DNA from: Eledone cirrhosa
Lineage: Eukaryota
DNA length: 64,000 bases
NCBI GenBank assembly: GCA_964016885.1
Contig: OZ024748.1
Span: 32,116,001-32,180,000 of the forward strand
Reading direction: 5' to 3'
Both the position numbers and the translations under genes were made by a program. The notes under the pieces were generated by a model that did not search any database, was not told the origin of the DNA, and saw nothing but the letters and a program-made list of their open reading frames with translations. Positions 42,028 through 55,654 of this stretch are shown here, in pieces. The first letter of the stretch is position 1. Every line of letters begins with the position of its first letter.

Positions 42028-42505
42028 AAGTTTGTCCACATCAGTGGCCTTCCAACCGTCGTAGGCATTTCGTCGCATTAAAGGCCATATATCTCAGGTT
42101 GGTGCGAGCAACGGCTAAAAAAAGTCGTTGGGACACGTAAATAAAGGGGACGCTAGGGTAAACAAACAAAATGGTTTAAGCAACAGAAAGTGATGAAGAA
42201 GAAGCAAGAAACAAGTCCCAGATTTCTATGAATATAAATTCGGTGGAATCGTGAACGAGAGAATAAAGACCATCAAACCTGGTTGAAATGTGAGCAAGGA
42301 AGGAATTTCGCACAGGTCTAACGGGAGGAAGAAGGGGTCTGGTCTGCGAATTCGGTAAACATAAGTTCTGTGAAGTCGCAGACGAGAGAGAGAGAAAATA
42401 AATTCATACCGGCTTGGCCAAGTGCCCGCGAGAAAACGGTTGGAAGGCCACTGATGAGGACAAACTTTTTCATATGTAACCCATTTGCAGCGCCGCAGCT
42501 CCATT
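42020..42505. mobile_element. Element with 40-bp inverted repeats (42020-42059/42436-42475) in (TA)n; MITE or inverted PLE end
   Basis: atatgaaaaagtttgtccacatcagtggccttccaaccgt versus acggttggaaggccactgatgaggacaaactttttcatat (1 mismatch). Confidence 0.65.
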
Positions 42506-42662
42506 ATTATATATATATATATATATTTATATTTAGGTTTGTTGATTCACCACTGGATAGAAACTGGTCATTCCGTATAGTCAACCTTGATGTAATATTA
42601 GGGAGAGCACTCGACGTAATCCTTTATTTCAGGTTATTGTTATCATGACTGTCTTTATTATT

Positions 42663-43110
42663 TGGCAGTATCGGTAGAGAGTTGGACGCCATGTTTTCCA
42701 TTAATCTAATTACATCCCTTTACGGTCTGAGTTCAAATCCCGTTGAGATTAACTTTGCCTTTCATCCTTACGGGGTCGATAAAATAAAGTAGCAGTAATA
42801 CACTATGTAATTGCTGGCCTTCTGCCAAAAGTAGAAACAATTATTTAAAATACCTCCGGCGATGGCAGTATTGGTAGAGGGTCGGACGCTATGCTTTGAA
42901 GCTTAGAGTTACCTCCCTTTATGATCTGAGTTGAAATATCGCCAAGGTTAACTTTGCCTTTTGTCCTTACGGGGTTGATGACCCCGGTAAGAGAGTTGAA
43001 TGATTCTCAACGACACCGAGTACATGCTGTCTTCATTGAGGTCGATAAAATAAAGTACCAGTAATGTGCTGGGTATTTGCTAGCCTTGTGCCTAAAGTAG
43101 AAACAATTAT
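42663..43110 (+). mobile_element. Two tandem SINE family A copies
   Basis: A box tggcagtatcggtaga, B box gagttcaaatccc, tail agtagaaacaatta; copies at 42663-42843 and 42863-43110. Confidence 0.75.
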
Positions 43111-43231
43111 AACTTTAATTAATCTAATTATGTCTCTTGTTTAACAATTATACATATACATATATATACACAATTTTCTCTTCCCTACATCAGTCTTACA
43201 CTGTCATATCTATTCTTACTTTACAATTGTG

Positions 43232-46200
43232 ACATCAAAACTCATAAATACCCGCAAAGAGTAAAAGATATGACCGCTTTTGAACTAGACTTAGTTAATC
43301 TAATCAACAATATCAATTTTCGTATGTACTCAAACCCTTTTCAATCTAAACTATCTAATGATATTTCTATATTCAAATCTTCTAAAAATAAGTTCATTTT
43401 CTCCGACAAAACTAAAAACTTATACGAAGTTAATAATAATTTACACGACCAACTATTAATAGATAACATCACCTCTAAATACCAAATAGCTAATATAAAC
43501 ACGTATCATAATATAAATAAGGAAGCTAATGAATTGGCTAGTTCTTTAAAAATAGATAATAGGACAGAAAAACTTGCTAAACGTAATGGATATATCACCC
43601 TTAAAGATCATAAACCTGACTTTATTAATCGTCCTAGTTGTAGATTAATCAACCCTGCTAAGACTGATATCGGTCTTGCCAACAAAAAAATCTTAAATAA
43701 TATAAACACACACATTAGAAGTAAGTCTAAATTACTCCAATGGATAAATAGCTCTTCCGTAGTACATTGGTTTAATAAAATTAAAGATAAAAATTTGACA
43801 TTGTAGATTTCTACCCATCTATCACTCAGACTCTTTTAGCGAAAGCTTTAAATTTCGCTAGAAAGTTTACCAATATCTCTGATATTGAAGAGAATGTCAT
43901 CTTGCACGCTAGAAACACTCTACTCTTTACTGATAATGACACTTGGGTAAAAATATCTAACCCAGAGAGCCCATTCGATGTCTCAATGGGCTCTTTTGAC
44001 AGTGCTGATGTTTGTGATTTAGTCGGCCTATTCCTCCTACACACACTTAAAGAAAAATTCCCTAACCATATTTTTGGGCTTTATCGCGACGATGGTCTAA
44101 TACTTTCCTATACCACCATAGGCCATAACTTAGATAGATTAAGGAAAGACTTAATAAAAACCTTTGCTAGTTTTAATCTTAAAATTACTATTGACACTAA
44201 CCTTTCCAATGTTAATTTTCTAGATATAAACCTAGATTTGCCTACTGCTTCTTATAAACCATACCATAAACCTAATGAAAATTTAAAATATATAAATAAA
44301 GGCTCTTGCCATCCTCCTATAGTTTTTAAAAACCTTATCACTAATATTAGCCGTAGGATCTCTACCCTCTCTTCCTCAGAAGCTATTTTCAATAAGGCAT
44401 CCCCCTACTATAATAAAGCCCTTCAAAATAGCGGATTTAGCGAACCAATTAAGTACATACCCAACTATACTAACTCTTTTAAACATAAAAATAGGAAAAG
44501 AAAAATAATCTGGTTCACACACCCCTACTCTCTAGCAGTTAAAACTAATGTAGGCAAAAAATTCCTAGAGCTCTTAGATAAACATTTCCCTAGAACACAT
44601 AGATACTATAAGATCTTCAATAGAAACTGTGTCAAAATTAGCTACTCCTGCGGTCCCCCTATTAAATCTTATATCATCAATAAGAAATCACCCAGAGAAC
44701 ATCAACATTGCTTCTGTAGAGTCAAAAGTGAATGCCCATTACAAGGTAAATGCAACACCAAAGCCATTGTATATGCGGCTAAAGTGACAACCATCAGCAA
44801 CAACCAACCAGCCACCAGCGAACGATATGTGGGTATGACACAAGACAAATTCAAAACGCGTTATTACTCACATGTCGCATCTTTCCGACATCCAGAAAAA
44901 AGATTCACAACAGCTCTGGCTAACAGAATATGGGATTTGAAAGACCAAGGTATCCAATATAAATTGGATTGATCAATTTTGAACCAATCTAAAGAATATG
45001 CAAGAGGAACAAGAAGATGCATACTCTGCATAAGTGAAAAATATTGGATTTTACAAAACCTTAAATCACCAAAAACCTGCCTAAATACAAAAACAGAAAT
45101 TTTCACCAGTTGCCCACACATGAAATCACACTTGCTTTCCAGCTCATATAAACTTAACTCACTTTCAGATACTTATCCTCCATAAGCTCTTATTCTTCAC
45201 TTTCCTTAAATTATTCTCTTTACAGACTTCTCTTTCTGATTTACTTTCATTTTTAACTTTATTTTTAATTTTATTTTTATTTTCCTTTTTAATTCACATC
45301 CACCAGTAACCCCCCCCCCCCCCCCCCCACCCCCACCCCCCCTACTCTTCGATTCACTTACCTAATATCTTCACATTCCACATTTTACTTCCCTATTTTC
45401 TTTACTACCTGATTACATAGGTAACTTGCGTTTTCCACTCCAGATATATTCTGTTGTTTCGCAGCCGATTTTATATTTGTACTCATTTATTCATAAGGCT
45501 GCTTTATACTCTGTATCTATGTGTCTGAGTGTCTTTACGTGTGTATACGTTCTGTATATGTACACGAACGCCTCCGTATGTGCGCGTGCGTGTATATATA
45601 TGTGTGTGTATGTGTGTTTTTATATCTATGTTTTTTACATCTATGTTTTTACACTCTTATTTTTATGTGTGTATGTGTAAGCGGGTGTATGTACGTGAAT
45701 GTGCATGTGTGTATGTGTGTATATATGTATATGTATGTATGGGTGTGTATGTGTATGTGTATATATGTATATAGTCGCGTACGTACGTGTGATTAGATAT
45801 ACATGGGGCGATATATATATATATATATATATATACGTGCATCGTGTGTATGTATATACGCATGCATGCGGTTTTGTTTGTACGTATTTGCGTGTATAAA
45901 TATATTTTTTTTTAGATATATGTTTTTTATAGATATATGTGTATGTACGTGCGTACCTATGTTTGTTTTCTTTTCTCTAGTGTTAATTGACTACTTTCTC
46001 TTTCATTTAAACATTTTTTCATTCTTATATATTTTTTCATTTTGATACATATATCGAGAATGACACTTTCTTTTAACTATTACACTCCCTTCCCTCTTTA
46101 TCTTCCGCGTATAAGTGACCGCGCGTGTGTGTGTGTTTATACGCGTGCTTTCATACTCGTATGTGTATCTAATACCTGTATCTGGATGCGTGTCAACTAT

Positions 46201-46590
46201 ATTATCATTTTCTTTTTCAACTCATACTATATCCGTATTTGTGGTCACATCTACACAAATATACTTGCCATCATATATGTACTTACGCACACATTTTCAC
46301 CATACACATGCATTTGTACATACATACATATGTACATTTGTGAGTGTATATACATACATATACATACACCTAACTATATTTCCTTATATTTTTTATATAT
46401 TTTATATATCTCTTGCATTACTTTTATTTATATATTTTTTTTGCATTTCTTGAGGAGACTTTCCAAATATTTCACTATGTTTTATATTACCTTGTCCGAC
46501 GAAAGAATGAGGACGTTTTTTTCGTATTCGTCTTATTCGGGAAACCTCTGGTAATGAGGTAATTATATTGTATTATTTAATATACATTAT
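43232..46590 (+). mobile_element. Penelope-like element (Hydra-clade-like), 5'-truncated, with a frameshift at ~43800 and an in-frame TGA at 44970
   Basis: ITLKDHK...CRLINPAK, FDVSMGSFDSADVCDLVG, GLYRDDG, CFCRVKSECPLQGKC, VY...YVGMT..FKTRYYSH and CILCISEK. A long low-complexity 3' UTR ends in a hammerhead-like fold. Confidence 0.92.
46486..46563 (+). ncRNA. Type I hammerhead-like motif with variant core CCGACGA
   Basis: attaccttgt-CCGACGA-aa gaatgaggacg/loop/cgtcttattc gg-GAAA-cc tct gg-TA-atgaggtaat; 10-bp stem I. Confidence 0.7.
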
Positions 46591-46611
46591 ACATATATAT
46601 ATGTATATAAA

Positions 46612-46940
46612 TGCTAAACAGAAATAACAACACAATCGCTACAGTATATGGAAGGGATATAATAGGTTAACGCTTGATATAGCAGGAAGAGGGTCTTAAC
46701 GTTTTGGATACTAGTCCTTCATCAGAAGAAAGAATGAGAAATAAAATAGATTGAGGGGACGGGTGGGTTGGAATTGGGAAAAATGGCTTTAGATAAAAAT
46801 ATCTATGTAATGAAATGTAATACAGCCAAAAGGGCACATATTGGGAAAATACTTTGAAAGGAAGTTGACCCTGAAATGGGAATACAAATGGAATAAAGCA
46901 AGTTTCGAGTAAATTGGAGCAGGTGTTCCCGAGATATGGG
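46612..46940 (-). mobile_element. PLE 3' fragment with mutated hammerhead (46694-46729, GAAA to AAAA)
   Basis: Homologous to 50078-50250; minus strand CTGATGA-a-ggac...tcc-AAAA-cgtt. Confidence 0.65.
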
Positions 46941-47018
46941 GTTTCTAGCGTACCTTCATATATAGAGAGAGATAGAGATAGAGAGGAAGAGAGAGTGGTT
47001 GTGACAGAATAGATTGAA

Positions 47019-47073
<55 letters not shown>

Positions 47074-47221
47074 AGAGAGAGCTGGTAGTGTTGTGTATAT
47101 ATATATATGTGAGTGTGTGTGTGTGGATATATATGTATATGTGTGTCTGTCTAGATCACAGACACCCACATATATATATATATACACACATACATATATA
47201 TATATGTATATACACACACAC

Positions 47222-47271
<50 letters not shown>

Positions 47272-47279
47272 TCACACAC

Positions 47280-47347
<68 letters not shown>

Positions 47348-47440
47348 GCCTTCCAGTTTCACATTATATACATGTCTGTATAAAATTATTTTGAGGTGAA
47401 CGTCACTGGTGGTCTACATACATACACATATATATATATA

Positions 47441-47780
47441 TCATCATCATCATCATCATCATCATTTTATGTCTGCTTTTCCCTGCTTGCAAGGGTGGGA
47501 CGGGAACTGATTCTGCCTTGATTTCTACAGCTGGATGCCCTTCTTAACACCAACCTCATTTACAGTGAGTGCTGGGTGCTTTTTTGCCATGGCACCTCCA
47601 CGACCACTTTGCAGTGGAATGATAGGGACCCCAGTCCTATCATCTCATTTCTACAGCTGAGTAAACTGGATCAATGTGAAATAAAGTGTCTTGCTGAAGG
47701 AAACAACACATGACCCGGTCTGAGAATTGAACTCACAACCTTTCAATTACAAGGCCAATGCTCTAACCACTAAGCCATGT
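47441..47780 (-). mobile_element. tRNA-derived SINE with RTE-type 3' tail (family B)
   Basis: Minus strand: A box tggcttagtggttag, B box gagttcaattc, central gcaagacactttatttcac, RTE tail and (GAT)n. Other copies at 48752-49190 and 54682-55010. Confidence 0.8.
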
Positions 47781-47781
47781 G

Positions 47782-47849
<68 letters not shown>

Positions 47850-47852
<3 letters not shown>

Positions 47853-48165
47853 CAAGCAAGAATTTGTTGATGATTCCTCTCTCTCTCTCTTCCACAGAAT
47901 CACTGTACTGGACAACAAGATTCAGTACAGTGACTCCTTCATATGTTGAACTACCTCAACACCAACGATCCTCTCACGGGTAAGTACATATCCATCAAAG
48001 CTGGAGGTGAACCAATTATCAAAGTACTTCAAGATCTTTTAACTGTTTTATCACTACAGGAAAAAAGCCCAGTCATGTTCAAGAAAGCATTGATAGTTGT
48101 ACTCTACAAAAAAGGTAGCAGACTTGATTGTGGGAACTATTGTCCTATCAGCCTATTACTCCTTT
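47850..48165 (+). mobile_element. Decayed LINE (RTE-BovB-like) RT N-terminal fragment
   Basis: FKKALIVVLYKKGSRLDCGNYCPISLL. Confidence 0.6.
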
Positions 48166-48751
48166 AATGTTCAAACCGTCCAGAATTCTCTACCTTTTTC
48201 TATTGAAACTGGCTGTAACTGGGCACTCAAACTGATGTTATGGTATTGTTCTCAAAATAAATACTTTCAAAATCTCATAGATTCGATATTATGTAAGATA
48301 AAGCCTTTACTGTGAAAATACAATAGTATATATAGAGTAATGTAAATGTTATGTGAGATATTATTTGAGGTAAAGACTTTACTGTGAAAATAAAATAGTA
48401 TATATAGAGTAATGTAAATGTTATGTGAGGTAAAGCTTCTTCTTCTTCTTCTCTCTCACACACTTTTTCTTCCTCTCTCTCTAAAAAGCCAGATCCTTTC
48501 TCAACCATAGAACCATGTATTACTTGAGGTCCTGTATAGGGGACACAAAATGTCAGATTTCTCTGACCCTATATTTTCCCTCATCATCAAGGTAAAGTCT
48601 CCCTTTATCCCTGCTTTGTGTGGTTGGTGTTAAGAAGGGCCTCCAGCTATAAAATACCCAACAGTCCTCACCGGAGCAAAGCGCAATGGGGCCAACTATG
48701 GCTAGACTTGACCCAGACTCTGCCTCCTTCACTGTGTTTATCATCAGAACT

Positions 48752-49190
48752 ATCATCATCATCATCATCATTTTACGTCCGCTTTTCCCTGCTTGCAAGT
48801 GTGGGATGGGAATTGATTCTGGCTTGATTTCTACAGCTGGATGCCCTTCCTAACACCAACCTCATTTACAGTGAGTGCTGGGTGCTTTTTTGCCGTGGCA
48901 CCTCTATGACCACTTTACAGTGAGTGGTGGGTGCTTTTTTGCCGTGGCACCTCCACGACCACTTAACCTTGTGGGCTGGGTGCTTTTTTAATGTGGCACC
49001 TCCATGACGACTTTGCAGTGGAATGATAGGGACCCCAGTCCTATCATCTCATTTCTACAGCTGAGTAAACTGGAGCAATGTGAAATAAAGTGTCTTGCTC
49101 AAGGAAACAACACATCACCTTGTCTGAAAATTGAACTCACAACCTTACGATTGCAAGGCCAATGCTCTAACAACTAAGCCAAGTGTTTCC
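48752..49190 (-). mobile_element. SINE family B with internal ~44-bp repeats
   Basis: Homologous to 47441-47780. Confidence 0.8.
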
Positions 49191-49694
49191 ATGTATATAT
49201 ATATATATACATAAAAGATAAAAAAAAAGATGGTATGTTCACAGCCACTCTATGAAAAACTGTAGACTAGAGAACTCAACAATGCTGGCCAATAAAATCT
49301 GGCAGCTTAAGAACACAAACCAGGAATATGGGATTAGCTGGTCGAAATTTAATTACCGCCCACTTCCACATCTTGTGTATATAACATAGCGATTTGTTTC
49401 TCTATATATGCCTATGTCTACCGGTCCTTCATAAACCAGTTCCTAGATCATGATCACAACACCGTCATCCTGAAATACCACATCCACCAGATGCTGAAGA
49501 ATGCACACGTCATGTTAAAAGCTGGTCAAATCCAATCAGATCAAGTCCTCATGAAAAGTCTGTTGCACAAGGTAAATAGTATGCGTGTATGTGTATATAT
49601 ATATATATGTGTGTGTATATATATATATATATATTTATGTGTGTGTGTATATATACATATGTGTGTGTGTATATATATATGTGTGTGTGTGTGT

Positions 49695-49782
<88 letters not shown>

Positions 49783-50162
49783 ATGTATATATATGGGTGT
49801 TTGTATATATATGTGTGTGTGTATGTGTGTGTGTGTATATATATATACAGTTAGAGAGGTTGTATATAATAAATAATGTGTATAATCTACGCTAATCGTG
49901 ATTAAAACTTCTACTTTGCAGCTTATAAATGTAGCTGGCAGCTGTGATGTTGACAAGAATATAGTACTCAATATAGGGTGCATGATAGAGAGTAGCATTG
50001 AGGAAGGGGAAAATACATAATGAAAAACACACAAATATAATATAGTATATATACATACATACTATATATATATTTATAAAAGGTAAACAGAAATAACAAC
50101 ACAATCGCTACAGTATATGGAAAGGATATATTAGGTTAACGATTGATATAGCAGGAAGACGG

Positions 50163-50198
50163 TCTTAACGTTTCGGACGCTAGTCCTTCATCAGAAGA
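50163..50198 (-). ncRNA. Minimal hammerhead ribozyme in PLE 3' fragment (50078-50250)
   Basis: tctt-CTGATGA-a-ggac-tagc-gtcc-GAAA-cg-TT-aaga; palindromic AACGTT at stem III. Confidence 0.7.
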
Positions 50199-50370
50199 AA
50201 TAATGAGAAATAAAATAGATTGAAAGTACGGGCGGGATGGCATTGGAAAAAATGTCTTTACATAAAAATAATAGGTCCATTCATGTTGACATCTCTTGCA
50301 AAACTATATATATATATATATATATCAATGATATTAATAAATGGAAACTATATTTATAAAACCATATTTA

Positions 50371-50426
50371 TTCTATTATACATATTTCAAGCATACAAAA
50401 ATTTGGTACGCTCTCATCAGATAAAG
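50371..50426 (-). ncRNA. Minimal hammerhead ribozyme in PLE 3' fragment (~50330-50520)
   Basis: tttat-CTGATGA-gagcgtac/loop/gtatgctt-GAAA-tatgta-TA-ataga. Confidence 0.72.
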
Positions 50427-50759
50427 TACAAAGTTTGTTTTATAAATAGTGACATACCCAGGAATGATACTTTAACGGTTCAAGTTTCTCCTGGATAGTG
50501 AAAGGAAAGAGAGAAACAGGGAAGAAAGGAAAAAACAAATATTTCAAATTATTTTGATGAATATGCTGATGATAATTTACCACAAATATTACAGTGATAT
50601 AGATTTTCTCCAGTATATATATATAGGTTTCTATGTAGTTAATGTAGCAATGAAAGAGAATAATTTCTCCCCAATATCACAGTGGTATGGCTTCTCACTC
50701 ATATAAATGTATTTGTGTTTAATTATTTCACCATTTTGAGATAATGAGATATGACTTTG

Positions 50760-52319
<1,560 letters not shown>

Positions 52320-53019
52320 GATATTTTCTTCAACAGAATATACAAATGCTTTACTTGTAATATTTCATATATTATATTCCTAAAAATATTTCTTCTTCTA
52401 TATTTCCATCAACTGTGATTTCAGTTAATATCTGAAGATAATACAAACTTATGTTTCACCCAAGTTTAGTTAAAATACAAAATAATCTCATAGTGATGAA
52501 AATAAACTCAGTTCTGAGGAAATATTTCACAGTAATTGAACTATAGATTATAAACAGTGTTATATAAGTTCTGTTTAAAATGTTTTAGTCTTAGAATGAT
52601 GATAAATAGAGGTGATGTATCCGAGATTGAAAAGAATAATTTTTCCCAATGTCATCTGATATTCTTAAATAAGAAAGAAACAGTATGAGATAATAAAGAA
52701 TACTTTAGAAACAGAGAGAGAGATTTAACAGTGGGAATTTTACATTTCTATATTGGTAAACTGTAGATATCAACTTTCCTGTCCAGAGTAATTCTCTCCA
52801 ATGTAAGCAGTGGTATTCAAGCATGCTATGTAAATTATATCCTTCTATCTCTTGGGAGGTCTGTTCTATGGCAGTTTAGCGAAAAATTCATTCTGATAGG
52901 ACTTTCTAAAGTAGCTATCATCTCCTCTCCTGGTGACATGTCAACACGGGTTTAACATATATATATATATAAATATATATACACACACATATATACATAT
53001 ACACACACATATATATATA

Positions 53020-53894
53020 GAGGGTGTGAACGATATTTGTTCGCAATTTTCAACTGCTAATTCTATGCAAATCTATTTTACTTCCGTTGTCACTCTTGTC
53101 ATCATAAAAACAGTGACTATATTTCCATTATTTATTTTCAGAATAATTGATTATGAATAATTTTGAACCTCCAAATTTGTGGAAGAGACACGGAGATCTT
53201 CTTGGAATCCACGCCGGGAGGACAAATAATACCAGAAGATCAACTCTCAGAACAACAGGTGGCTCGCCGTCTCATCCAAATACGTGCCCAGAGTCATACA
53301 GACAAAGTTTCCAGCGACAACATTGGTCTTAGGTGTCGTCAGCAGTCAAGGTGACGTCTTGCCACCTCACTTCTTCCCTGAGGGCCTCAAGCTGAACACC
53401 GATGGTTACATCCACGTTCTGAGCGAGGTAGTCAGGCCCTGGATCAACCACGTAGCTGCAGGTAGGCCGTACGTGTGGCAGCAAGACTCAGCGCCCAGCC
53501 ATACCAGCCTGGCTGTCAGAGAACTTCGTCGACCACACTTCACCTGACATCTGGCCTCCCAGCTCGCCTAACTGCAACCCCCTCGACTTCTTTGTGTGGG
53601 GCGCAGTGGAACGAGACACCAACAGATCTAGCTGCAATACGAAAGACGATCTGAAGGCCAGGATCACAAGTGCATTTAGGGGCCTAAGTCGGGGGACAGT
53701 GACAAAGGCCTGTAGCCGGTTCCGAGGCCGCCTTTAAGCCATCAACAAAGCCAATGGCGGGTTTATCGAGTGAGATCGAAAGAACAAGTCCTGAAGACAA
53801 ACTGACCCGAGTTTGATAAATATATCTTAAAAAATAAAACTACTGTGTTACCTCTTCCTAGACAGTAATCTTGCGAACAAATGTCGTCCGCACC

Positions 53895-53897
<3 letters not shown>
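53020..53897 (+). mobile_element. Internally deleted Tc1/mariner transposon (DD37D/maT-like)
   Basis: 27-bp TIRs (53020-53046/53871-53897, 4 mismatches) with TA flanks; transposase remnants WQQDSAPSHT and WPPSSPNCNPLDFFVWG. Confidence 0.88.
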
Positions 53898-53941
<44 letters not shown>

Positions 53942-54036
53942 CATACATATATACATATATATACATACATATATATATACATATATACATACATATATAC
54001 ATATATATATATATGTACATAAACATATATATATAC

Positions 54037-54080
<44 letters not shown>

Positions 54081-54555
54081 TTTACGTATCGAGAAAGAGA
54101 AAAAAAGGGGGGATAGGTGATACATATAGTTATTTGCCAAGTAACGTATGCCAAAGGTGCTCGATACTAGTGCCGGCAGTATTAAATATTCGAAGTGTTA
54201 ATATTTAGTGGGCTAGAGAGTAGCAGAGCGTAAGCACGCGAAATAGTGGATGAAGAGTGAAATAGTACACTGGATCTCCCTGCAACAAGTCTTAACACCC
54301 CGGCGGGCAGGCGCTGCAAAATAACACCCAGGAAACAATCCTCGCATACCAAACCCAGCCTCAGACAAACGGATGCGACAAAAAAAAAAAAAAAAAAAAA
54401 ATGTGTCCGGGAAAGACTGCCCTAACACCGGCCAGAGTTACCTCCCTTGACCTGCTGCAAAATCAAAACAAGATATTTTTGCGTGCAATGAACCTTGATG
54501 TGGATTTAACCCCAAAAACTCTTTCCGAGCAATATAAGGAACACTTGAGATTATT

Positions 54556-54600
54556 TATGCCCTTGAGAAGCCCAACTGGGCGAAACGTACGTAGGTGATA
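54556..54600 (+). ncRNA. Hammerhead motif with U3-A8 compensatory core (TTGAGAA)
   Basis: cc-TTGAGAA-gccc-aact-gggc-GAAA-cgtacg-TA-gg, followed by ~50 nt and then (TA)n, as at other PLE ends. Stem I is weak. Confidence 0.6.
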
Positions 54601-54681
54601 TTTTAAATAAACATGTTTTAACGGTCTATTCTCCGATTTTTTACTTTCCCACGTATATATATATATATATATATATATACA

Positions 54682-55010
54682 TGATCATCATTATCATCAT
54701 CATCATCATCATCATCATCATTTTCCGTCCGCTTTTCCCTGCTTGTAAGGGTGGGACGGGAACTGATTCTGGCTTGATTTCTACAGCTGGATGCCCTTCC
54801 TAACACCAACCTCATTTACAGTGAGTGCTGGGTGCTTTTTTGCCGTGGCACCCACACGACCACTTTGCAGTCCCTATCATCTCCTTTCTACAGCTGAGTA
54901 AACTGGAGCAATGTGAAATAAAGTGTCTTGCTCAAGGAAACAACACATCACCCGTCTGAGAATTGAACTCACAACCTTTCGATTGCAAGCCCAATCCCAT
55001 GTGCCTCCAT
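54682..55010 (-). mobile_element. SINE family B
   Basis: Homologous to 47441-47780. Confidence 0.78.
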
Positions 55011-55057
55011 GGGATAAGGCTATTATTTCTATATATATACATATATATATATATATA

Positions 55058-55142
<85 letters not shown>

Positions 55143-55654
55143 ATAGTCTTATCCCACTCAGTTTATAAGCTCACCCAGTGGGATAAGGCTATTATTTCTA
55201 ACATAACTACTCATACCACATATAGCGTGCAGACCACAAGGGACATATCTTTGGTCCTCAAATTACTGTCAGAGGTGTAATTATTTCAGGGCGAAACAGA
55301 TTGAGTCTAAAATCTGTCCGAGAGATGAAATGTTTTTGATACGGTCAGTATAAAAATAATATATCATACTGTATGATTAAGATTAAATTTTTAAAACAGT
55401 TACTCGTAATTTTAGACACGAGATTTACTGTGTTTATTTATACATATATATTACTATATATCCATATATATATATATATATATATATATATTCCAAACCC
55501 ATGCAAGCGTGGAAGAAGGACGTTAAACGATGATGATGATATATATATATATATATATATAAGTATAAGTGGTATTTAATTTCTTGGAAGTCCGACAAAT
55601 ATAAATGTTTATAACTGATTTAGAGCACTCGACACGTTATTGGAGTAAATATTA

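Noticed and set aside
44970-44972. In-frame TGA in the PLE ORF as possible selenocysteine
   Set aside because: It aligns with a conserved Trp (xWSI) rather than Cys, and the copy also has a frameshift; simple TGG-to-TGA decay.
47700-47780. tRNA gene
   Set aside because: The A/B boxes belong to a SINE head; there is no full cloverleaf and it continues into SINE body and tail.
49215-49350. Possible PLE endonuclease remnant (LANKIWQLK-like)
   Set aside because: Too short and decayed to delimit confidently.
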